32,000 nucleotides of DNA, taken from Candidatus Electrothrix yaqonensis. GTDB taxonomy: Bacteria > Desulfobacterota > Desulfobulbia > Desulfobulbales > Desulfobulbaceae. The stretch spans positions 2,520,001-2,552,000 of the forward strand of contig CP178758.1 of NCBI GenBank assembly GCA_047651235.1, given 5' to 3'. The notes beneath the pieces were generated by a model that saw nothing but the letters and a program-made list of their open reading frames with translations, did not search any database and was not told where the DNA came from. Shown one piece after another: positions 24,114-32,000 of the stretch (its first letter is position 1; every line of letters begins with the position of its first letter). Made by a program: the position numbers and the translations under genes.

Positions 24114-27100
24114 TTACTCCTCAAGCGCCTTGAAGCGACCCTGGAGGAACTTCCAGCTCTTCTCCACATCCTTCTGCGAGGCCTCCATCAGCTCATCAAA
24201 ATGATCCGGGTTGGAGAGCTTGAGCATCCGGTAGCGGTTCTCGTTCAGGGCGTAGTCCGCGAACTTCATGGTCGGCTCTTTGGAGTCGATGGTCAGCGGG
24301 TTTTTGCCCTCATCCTCCAGCTGCGGGTTGTAGCGGTACAGGGGCCAGTGGCCGCAGGCGACCGCCTTCTTCTGCTGCTCAATGCCCAGAGCCAAGTTCA
24401 GACCGTGGTTGATACAGTGGGCATAGGCGATGATGATGGAGGGACCGTCGTAGGCCTCGGCCTCGTTGATCGCCTTGACCGCCTGCTGCGGGTTGGCGCC
24501 GATTGCAATTCTTGCAACATAGACGTTGCCGTAGGTGGAGAAGATCATGCCCATATCTTTCTTGGGCATCTTTTTGCCGCCGGCCGCAAACTGGGCCACA
24601 GCCGCACGCGGGGTGGATTTGGACATCTGGCCGCCGGTGTTGGAGTAGACCTCGGTGTCGAGCACCAGCACGTTGATGTTCTCGCCGGAAGCCAGCACAT
24701 GGTCCAGACCGCCGTAGCCGATGTCGTAGGCCCAGCCGTCACCGCCGAAGCACCAGACTGATTTTTTCACCAGATAATCAGCCACCGGCAGGAGGCGGGC
24801 CGCAGTCACGCTGCTGCTGCCGGACAGGGCTGCCTTCAGCTCCTCAACCCGGGCCCGCTGGGCCTCGATCTCTTCCTGGGTTGTCTGGCTTGCATTGAGG
24901 AGAGAATCGGCAAGCTCCTTGGAAACAAGCCCTTCTTCAACGGCAAGGTTCAGCAGCTCAGCTGCCTGCATGGCCAGCTTGTTGACGCTCTGGCGCATAC
25001 CCAGGCCGTACTCGGCGTTGTCTTCGAACAGGGAGTTGGACCAGGAAGGCCCGCGTCCGTCGGCCCGCCGGGCATACGGGGTGGTGGGCAGGTTGCCGCC
25101 GTAGATGGAGGAGCAGCCTGTGGCATTGGCAATCAGCATCCGGTCGCCGAAGAGCTGGGTGGTCAGCTTGATGTACGGGGTCTCGCCGCAGCCTGCGCAG
25201 GCACCGGAGAACTCGAACAGGGGCCGCTTGAGCTGGCTGCCCTTGACCGTGGCCGGATTGATCAGGCTGTTGTCCACTTCAGGCAGGGCCGTGAAGACCT
25301 TCCAGTTTTTCGCTGAAACAGCGCGCACCTCTTCGGTGTTGTCGATCATGGTGAGCGCGGTCTGCTCGGTCTTGTTGCCTTCCGCATCTTTTTTGCGGGC
25401 CGGGCAGTTGGTGGAGCACAGGGTGCAGCCCACGCAGTCCTCGGTGGACACCGTGACCATGAATTTGCTGCCTTTGAAATCCTTGCCCGCCGCATCAGCA
25501 GTCTTGAAGGCGTCATCGGCACCGGCGGCCTGCAGCGCGTCATCGGAAGCCACCTTGATGCGGATACAGCCGTGCGGGCAGACCAGGGAGCAGCGGCCAC
25601 ACTGGATGCAGGTTTCCGGATCCCAGCTCGGTACTTTCACCGCAATGTTGCGTTTCTCCCACTGGGAGGTGCCTGTGGGCCAGCGGCCGTCGGCCGGCAT
25701 CTCGGAAACCTTAATCTCCTCGCCCTTGCCCTGGATCATCTTGGCAGTGACCTGTTTGACAAACTCAGGCGCCTCAGCAGGCACGGTCTCCGGCAGTTCA
25801 TGACCGGTGATCTTGTCGGCCAGGGTCACCTCGACAATATTATTTACAGCTGCGTCAACCGCCTCGTAGTTCATATTAACGATCTTGTCGCCCTTCTTGC
25901 CGTAGGTCTTCTTGATAGCATCCTTGATCGCCTTGATGGCCTCTTCTTTGGTCAGGATGCCGGAGATCAGGAAAAAGGCGGTCTGCATGATCATGTTGAT
26001 GCGCGCGCCCAGACCGATGGCCAGGCCCAGCTTGACCGCATCGATGATGAAGAACTTGGCCTTCTTGTCGATCAGCTGCTGCTGCACCTTGGCCGGAAGA
26101 TGATCCCAGACCTGGTCCTTGTCAAAGGTGGTGGTGAGCAGGAAGGTGCCGCCGTCCTCCAGATTGGCCAGCATGTCGTAGCTGTCCAGGAAGGTGAAGT
26201 TGTGGCAGGCGATGAAGCTGGCCTTGCTGATCAGATACGGCGCCACGACCTGGTTCTCGCCGAAGCGGAGATGGGATACGGTCATGGACCCGGACTTTTT
26301 GGAATCGTAGACAAAATAGCCCTGGGCCGAGTTGTCGGTCTCGGTGCCGATGATCTTGATGGTGTTCTTGTTCGCGCCCACGGTGCCGTCGGAACCCAGG
26401 CCGTAGAACATGGCACGGTAGACGTCTTCTCCCTCGATATTGAAGGACTTGTCGTAGTTCAGGGAGGTGTGGGTCACATCGTCGTTCGGCCCGACGCAGA
26501 AATGATTCTTCGGCGCCAGCGCAGCCATGTTGTCGTAGACCGCCTTGACCATGGCCGGGCTGAATTCCGCAGAACCCAGGCCGTAGCGTCCGCTGAGGAT
26601 CAGCGGCATGATCATGGTCGGGTTGGCCTCGCCGGCCTCGGCGACCGCAGCACGGACATCCAGATACAACGGCTCGCCCGGTGCGCCCGGCTCTTTGCAG
26701 CGGTCAAGCACCGTGATGCGCTCAACAGTGGACGGCAGGGCGTTGACCATCGCCTTCATGTCAAACGGACGGAACAGGCGGACAATCACCATACCGACCT
26801 TTTTTCCTTCCGCCACCAGATGATCAATAGTCGCAGCTGCAGTCTCGGCGCCGGAACCCATGATCACGACCACATCGGTGGCATCGGGTGCACCGTAGTA
26901 ATCAAAGAGGTTGTACTGGCGACCGGTGAGGGCAGCAAATTTGTCCATTGTTTCCTGAACAATGCTGGGAACCGCGTTGTAGTACTTATTTACGGTCTCA
27001 CGGCCGGTGAAGTAGACATCCGGGTTCTGAGCCGTACCGGACATACTGGGCCGATCCGGGGTCAGGGCACGGGCGCGGTGCTCGGTGATCAGATTTTCAT

Positions 27101-27686
27101 CGATCATTTCCTGCATGTCTTCGTTGGTGAGCTGCTCCATCTTCTGGATCTCATGCGAGGTGCGGAAGCCATCAAAAAAATGCAGGAACGGGATGCGGGA
27201 AGCCAAGGTGGATTGGGTGGAGATCAGAGCCATATCCTGGGCTTCCTGAACGTTCTGAGAACAGATCTGAGCCCAGCCGGTCTGACGGGCGCTCATCACA
27301 TCACCGTGATCGCCGAAGATGGACAGACCCTGGCAGGCAAGCGAACGGGCTGTAACATGAAAGACGGTCGGGGTCAGCTCACCAGCCAGTTTGTACATAT
27401 TGGGCAGCATGAGCAGCAGACCTTGGGACGCAGTAAAGGTGGTGCACAGGGCGCCGGTGGCCAGGGAGCCGTGCAGGGAACCGGCAACGCCGCCTTCAGA
27501 CTGCATCTGAGAGATAACCGGTACAGAACCCCAGATGTTTTTTTGTCCCGCTGTGGCCTTGGCATCCGCCTCAGCCGCCATCGGGGAAGACGGGGTGATC
27601 GGGTAGATGGTGATAACTTCACTGGTGGCGTAGGCAACATGCGTACAGGCCTGGTTGCCGTCAATGGTGACCATTTTTCGCGACAT
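24114..27686 (-). CDS. por: pyruvate:ferredoxin (flavodoxin) oxidoreductase, single-polypeptide type
   Basis: 1190 aa. N-terminus [33 protein letters not shown], two ferredoxin CxxCxxCxxxCP motifs ([25 protein letters not shown]), and a TPP-binding [10 protein letters not shown]. Confidence 0.95.
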   Translation of the reverse strand: [1190 protein letters not shown]

Positions 27687-28050
27687 AAAAACTCTCCCTT
27701 AAATCGTGAGGTTGACGTGTTCCGGCATTGCTGCCGAAAAATACAGATACGTTAAAACGTGCTATTATTTTTTAACTTTTTTATTTTTTGTTTGACCGTA
27801 CAGTCTGCGGAGATTCTGTCGATTTGACAGACGGTTGTTTTGCCTGCAGCGTGCGGAATGGCTGCGGACCGGTTGTCCGTTACAAAAAGACCGAAATTTA
27901 TCTTTATAGAACATTATTGTTTTTTACGCAAGATACAAAGTGTATGCGGGCAGAATACGGGATTGCGGACTGGGTTACAACAAATGGAAAGGATAGGGAA
28001 AAAGAATGAAAGAGTGGCCGGTAGCGGGAAGAGGAGACGGGCAACAATGC

Positions 28051-28788
28051 CTATTTTCTGCGGCTCTCCAAGCTGCTCTGGACATCCCGGAGTCTGCTGC
28101 GCAGCAGATCGGCTCTGCGGCTGCCTGCTGCATGCTGCATCAGAATATCCTGCACAGTGACCGGTTTGCCGTAATATGCCTTATTCCATTGCGGACGGGG
28201 AGTAATGACTGCTCCGGCCAGAAAAACGCCGCCGAAGATTCCCTTCATGGAGCGGGTAAAAGCCAGGATATCGGCAGAGGGCCGGGAATGCTCATCACCG
28301 ACGGAGCCGGCAGCAACAGACACATCCTGTCCGGTTATGTTGAATTCCGGGGACAGCATAGCCTTCATCCCTTTTTCCGTCATCACAAGGAGGATGATTT
28401 CCGAAGCATCCGCTCCTATCTGCAGGCCTGTGGACACGGAATCAAGGGTATAAAAGGCAGGATGCCTCCAAGTTCCGGTGTCCGGGTCACGGGCAAGTAG
28501 AAGACCGGCACCGCCGGAACGGCCTATGAGAAATTTCCCTCTGAGCATCTGGGGAACAATAAACACACCGGAGGCCTTGTTGATATTATTCCGAAATCTC
28601 TCCATATTCGGGGCAGCCAGAAAACTTTGCAGCACTGCGTCACTTTTTTTGATCAGTTCTTCGGCATTCAGGGCATCCTGAGAGGGCGGATCGATGTCGA
28701 TGTACTCGGCAGGAAGAGAGAGGGGAAACTCCAGGAGGGTCCAGAGAAGGAGAGACAGGCAGGTCGGAAGGTGGAGTGAAAGCAGCAT
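28051..28788 (-). CDS. SYLF (Ysc84/DUF500) lipid-binding domain protein, secreted
   Basis: Start moved to Met37 of the listed ORF (MLLSLHLPTCLSLLLWTLL, signal-like). GVFIVPQMLRGKFLIGRSGGAGLLLARD...WRHPAFYTLDSVSTGLQIGADASEIILLVMT is typical of SYLF. Confidence 0.7.
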   Translation of the reverse strand: MLLSLHLPTCLSLLLWTLLEFPLSLPAEYIDIDPPSQDALNAEELIKKSDAVLQSFLAAPNMERFRNNINKASGVFIVPQMLRGKFLIGRSGGAGLLLARDPDTGTWRHPAFYTLDSVSTGLQIGADASEIILLVMTEKGMKAMLSPEFNITGQDVSVAAGSVGDEHSRPSADILAFTRSMKGIFGGVFLAGAVITPRPQWNKAYYGKPVTVQDILMQHAAGSRRADLLRSRLRDVQSSLESRRK

Positions 28789-28929
28789 GAGAGGCTCTGC
28801 GGAAGAAGGGAGCGGAAGATCGAAAACTCGTGCTGTTGTCTTGAGGATTATCCCGAGGATTTTTTCGTTTTTTTTACAAACGGTAATGACCGGCATTACA
28901 GAAGGTTGCCGGTCACCAAGCAGGGTAGA

Positions 28930-29106
28930 TCAGTCGTCGGCCTCATAAAAATATTCTTTTTCCGCCTGACATTTCGGGCAGAGCCAGTCGTCCGGCAGAT
29001 CCTCGAACGCTGTCCCCGGATCAATACCGCTGTCTGCATCTCCTTCTTCTGGATCGTAAATATAACCGCACGGACATTCCCATCTCTTCTTGGTTTCATC
29101 CTTCAT
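28930..29106 (-). CDS. rubredoxin with an atypical first Cys knuckle
   Basis: 58 aa from ATG 29106 (SD GGAGGAG). [53 protein letters not shown]. It matches the rubredoxin consensus except for CPCG in place of CxxCG and CPKCQ in place of CPxCG. Confidence 0.8.
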   Translation of the reverse strand: MKDETKKRWECPCGYIYDPEEGDADSGIDPGTAFEDLPDDWLCPKCQAEKEYFYEADD

Positions 29107-29369
29107 CGCAACTCCTCCAAAAAAAATAAGTGATGATACGACAAACTTGATAGGACTATAATGAACCTTGTGCAGTTCGGCAAGAAAAAGCCGTTGTTTT
29201 TTATCCGTGTCAGAGGTGCTGTCTAATTTCCTCATCTTCTGCGGAAATTATCCGAAAATATTTTTTTACCCTTGACAGAAGGGCCTGTTGTATAGTTTAT
29301 TCTTACCCTTTTCAGAGCGATCATTTGATAATCAATATATTGAATTGAACATATAGAGGAGGAAAGGGT

Positions 29370-29678
29370 ATGTATGCTGTAATACGTACCGGCGGAAAAC
29401 AGTATCAGGTCACCGCCGGCGATACGCTGCGTGTAGAAAAATTACAGGGACAAGTCGGTGACACGGTGGAGCTTGCCGATGTGCTGCTGGTCGCTGACGG
29501 TGAAAATATCCGGGTCGGCACACCGGCGGTTGAGGGTGCCAGGGTCGTTGCTAAGATCGTTGAACAGGGCAAGGCGAAAAAGGTGCTTGTGTTCAAGAAA
29601 AAAAGACGCAAGGGATATCGGGTTCTGCGCGGGCACCGCCAGCAGTTCACGGCTCTGAACATTCAGGAAATTATGTAG
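29370..29678 (+). CDS. rplU: 50S ribosomal protein L21
   Basis: [25 protein letters not shown]...GHRQQFT is canonical L21. Confidence 0.95.
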   Translation: MYAVIRTGGKQYQVTAGDTLRVEKLQGQVGDTVELADVLLVADGENIRVGTPAVEGARVVAKIVEQGKAKKVLVFKKKRRKGYRVLRGHRQQFTALNIQEIM

Positions 29679-29767
29679 ACATGTAGAGGGGCTGTCCGGC
29701 CTCTTTTGTTTCGGTATACATCCTGACCCTGACCACTCATTTTTATTTTTATCTGGAGAACACAGCT

Positions 29768-30070
29768 ATGGCACATAAAAAGGCGGGCGGCAGTTCAAGA
29801 AACGGCCGCGACAGTGCAGGACAGCGGCGTGGTGTGAAACGCTTCGGCGGACAGAGCGTCACGGCAGGCAGTATTCTTGTCCGTCAGCTGGGCACAAGAA
29901 TCCATCCGGGAACCAACGTGGGCTGCGGGCGCGACTATACCCTGTTTGCCAAGGTGGACGGCGTGGTGAAGTACGAAAAATTCGGCAAGAACCGGAAACG
30001 GGTTTCTGTGTATCCTCCGTGTACGGATTCCTGTTCCTGCACTCAGGAACAATGCGGAGCCAGCTGCTGA
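29768..30070 (+). CDS. rpmA: 50S ribosomal protein L27 with a Cys-rich C-terminal extension
   Basis: [28 protein letters not shown]...[14 protein letters not shown] is canonical L27. An extra tail [17 protein letters not shown] follows the usual end. Confidence 0.9.
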   Translation: MAHKKAGGSSRNGRDSAGQRRGVKRFGGQSVTAGSILVRQLGTRIHPGTNVGCGRDYTLFAKVDGVVKYEKFGKNRKRVSVYPPCTDSCSCTQEQCGASC

Positions 30071-30132
30071 TTATTTGTTGATTGATCTGCTGATTGCGCT
30101 GCACGGAACAGCAGAAAAAAAGCAGAAAATTG

Positions 30133-30164
30133 ACCCGGCGCCGAATCTGGTGTCGGGTTTTTTA
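30133..30164 (+). terminator. Rho-independent terminator after rpmA
   Basis: ACCCGGCgccgaatctgGTGTCGGGTTTTTTA: a 7-bp stem with one G-U pair, then a T6 run. Confidence 0.65.
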
Positions 30165-30569
30165 TGCGGTTTTTGATACGTTTTTTTGCCGCGCATTGCA
30201 CCTCACCCGGCAGCAGCTCTCCGGCAAAGTCTGGAAAAGATCTCCCGCAGCAGATGATCCTTCAATCCTTCAGCCGGTTCATGAGCTGTTTTTCATATTC
30301 GTCATCAGTGATCAGCCTCATGGTTCTTTTTTTTCCCGGATTTCCGGAAATGCCGGATCGGGCCTTCCGGCTGTCCCGTCTCAGTCGTATCTGTATGGGC
30401 TGCGAATCTATTTTTCCACCAACGGCGTAACTCCTCTTCCTGTTTATTTTCTGAAAAAATCAGCTTGCTTATTGTGGCCAAACCGGTCAAATTGTATTTT
30501 GGCAGGAAGCTAACTGCCCGTTACCGAACAGATGAAATCTGTGTCGAAACACAAAGCAAGGAGGAAATC

Positions 30570-31181
30570 ATGAAGGTATTGATCGTTTATTACTCAATGT
30601 ATGGACACGTTCGTCAGCTGACAGAAGCTGCAGCGGAAGGAGTGCGGTCTGTGGCAGATGCGGAAGCAATCCTGCGCCGAATTCCGGAGACTCTGCCGGA
30701 TGAGGTTCTGGAAAAAATGGGGGCGGTTGAAGCGCAGAAACAGCAGGCTGACGTGCCGATATGCACTGTAGATGAACTGGGTCAGGCAGATGCAGTCATT
30801 TTTGGAACACCGACCCGCTTCGGCAACATGTGCGGTCAGATGCGCCAATTTCTTGACGCAACAGGACAGCTGTGGATGGAAGGAGCGTTAGTCGGCAAAG
30901 CCGGAAGTGTTCTGACAAGCTCAAACACCCAGCACGGGGGACAGGAATCCACCATCCTGAGTTTTCATATTACGCTGCTTCATCAGGGTATGGTGATTGT
31001 CGGTCTGCCCTATGCGTTTAAAGGACAAATGCTGACAGATCAGGTGAGCGGCTGTTCACCGTATGGGGCCTCAACCGTTGCAGGTGGTGATGGCAGTCGG
31101 TTGCCGAGCGCGAACGAGCTTGCCGGGGCACGATTTCAGGGAGAACATGTTGCCAGGATCGCCAAAAAGCTGAACGTATAA
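30570..31181 (+). CDS. wrbA: NAD(P)H:quinone oxidoreductase WrbA (flavodoxin-like)
   Basis: Start at ATG 30570 after an [26 protein letters not shown]...[21 protein letters not shown]...GGQESTI is canonical WrbA. Confidence 0.9.
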   Translation: MKVLIVYYSMYGHVRQLTEAAAEGVRSVADAEAILRRIPETLPDEVLEKMGAVEAQKQQADVPICTVDELGQADAVIFGTPTRFGNMCGQMRQFLDATGQLWMEGALVGKAGSVLTSSNTQHGGQESTILSFHITLLHQGMVIVGLPYAFKGQMLTDQVSGCSPYGASTVAGGDGSRLPSANELAGARFQGEHVARIAKKLNV

Positions 31182-31344
31182 CCTGTCAAGGCCTGTCAGC
31201 AGGACCGTTGTCAGAACAGATGCAGATCCTGCAGAAATGACAGTCTTCTTCCGCCCTTCTGTTCAGTACTGCTGCATCCCGCTCCAAAACCGGGAATCCG
31301 TTCATCAGGCTCCCCGGTATTCATTGTTCTCTCTCCTCAGCCGC

Positions 31345-31896
31345 TCAGCCGTTAAGGACAATTTTGCCTGCCACCTTAAAGGGAAAAATCTTTTTACCGT
31401 CCTTGCCGAGATGAAGCTGCCCGTCCAGCTCGTAGTTGAGCGGCTCATTACGCTTGTTGCCATACTGCTGCACATCTTTCTGCAGAAGCTCAATCACCGT
31501 ACCGACAATGGAGAACTTGGAGGTATAGACTACGACCGGCACAGAGATTGTGCCGAAAGGAGGCAGCCCTTTGCGTTCGTCGCTGATCCCGGAGGCAAAA
31601 ACTTCACCGTTAATTTTCAGGTCGCATTTTATACTGCGGATTTCCATCTGGGTGTCATTGGGATTGACCACCCGCAGCTTCAGGAGAAAAATGGTCTCCA
31701 ATGCCTTGATTTCCTGCAGCTCTATATCAGAGAGCGCGACATTCAGCTCCTCCTTGGCCCCCCAGGGCAGGGACTGCTGTACAGAGGCGCATCCTGCAGG
31801 CAGCAGCGTGAAACAGAGGGCAGCAAACAGCAGAGCGGAAGAATGGTATAATCCGGCGGCAAACGGAACAGATATTTTTTTTCTGAGCACTTTCAT
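31345..31896 (-). CDS. LEA14/WHy (LEA_2)-like probable lipoprotein
   Basis: Start at ATG 31896 (MKVLRKK...LLPAGCAS, lipobox-like). LKLRVVNPNDTQMEIRSIKCDLKINGEVFASG...VPVVVYTS resembles late-embryogenesis-abundant type 2 / NDR1-like beta-sandwich repeats. Confidence 0.65.
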   Translation of the reverse strand: MKVLRKKISVPFAAGLYHSSALLFAALCFTLLPAGCASVQQSLPWGAKEELNVALSDIELQEIKALETIFLLKLRVVNPNDTQMEIRSIKCDLKINGEVFASGISDERKGLPPFGTISVPVVVYTSKFSIVGTVIELLQKDVQQYGNKRNEPLNYELDGQLHLGKDGKKIFPFKVAGKIVLNG

Positions 31897-32000
31897 AGAA
31901 ATATGAATCAACATAGATATGGACAGGTGGACAGACAGATACATACTCCGATGCTCCGTACCGGCCCCGGTAATTTTGCAATCGAAATATATACTCACAG

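Noticed and set aside
25572-27755. 727-aa plus-strand ORF, plus 24027..24761 and 25105..25803, overlapping por
   Set aside because: These are antisense shadow ORFs of the 1190-aa PFOR gene. They are Gly/Arg/Asp/Leu-rich and have no recognisable domain.
28006-28500. 164-aa plus-strand ORF
   Set aside because: It is antisense to the SYLF-domain gene, which has clear family motifs.
29272-29300. TTGACA (29272-29277) as the -35 element of an rplU promoter
   Set aside because: The best -10-like hexamer, TATAGT (29291-29296), is only 13 nt away. At 17-nt spacing the hexamer is GTTTAT. This is too weak to call a promoter without data.
30094-30560. ORFs of 139, 88 and 61 aa between rpmA and wrbA, and a short minus-strand ORF with an in-frame TGA ([22 protein letters not shown]-...)
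   Set aside because: The ORFs overlap one another and have non-protein-like composition and no SD. The TGA read-through product shows no conserved motif and no SECIS-like hairpin was seen. The region is treated as non-coding.

Overview
No tools or database searches were used; every family call comes from reading the supplied translations and the DNA by eye. The window looks like chromosomal DNA from an anaerobic, Desulfobacterota-like bacterium. That placement is an inference from pyruvate:ferredoxin oxidoreductase, NifU/NifS, rubredoxin, periplasmic rhodaneses and apparent selenocysteine use. The housekeeping blocks are visibly GC-richer: ppx, yggT-DUF167-membrane protein, ppsA, nifU-nifS, por, rubredoxin/SYLF, rplU-rpmA, wrbA and a LEA14-like lipoprotein. 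Three AT-richer accessory segments interrupt them. (1) 5.45-7.5 kb is a long non-coding stretch with large hairpins, a 630-bp unit bounded by about 32-nt inverted repeats that carries one orphan ORF, homopolymer and hexamer repeats, and a repeat-built TPR-like gene. (2) 9.3-14.2 kb is a tightly coupled four-gene operon: a soluble 1060-1097 aa protein with tandem GAF-like domains and a histidine-kinase-like C-terminus, a stand-alone receiver, a small 2-TM protein and a coiled-coil protein. It has no obvious output domain and is my best candidate for an undescribed signalling or defence-type system. (3) 19.06-24.0 kb is a mosaic of small toxin-antitoxin-like modules and gene remnants between nifS and por. 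It contains a two-gene cassette flanked by a 69-bp duplication of the nifS 3' end, an IS200 tnpA::vWA chimera, two incompatible nucleotidyltransferase fragments, higBA, a tRNA-like acceptor/T-arm minihelix ending in ACCA, and N-terminally truncated xth and PIN genes. Separately, the second of two tandem periplasmic rhodanese genes has an in-frame TGA exactly at the catalytic-Cys position, followed by a SECIS-like hairpin, so it is a probable selenoprotein. No CRISPR array, rRNA or complete tRNA was seen.
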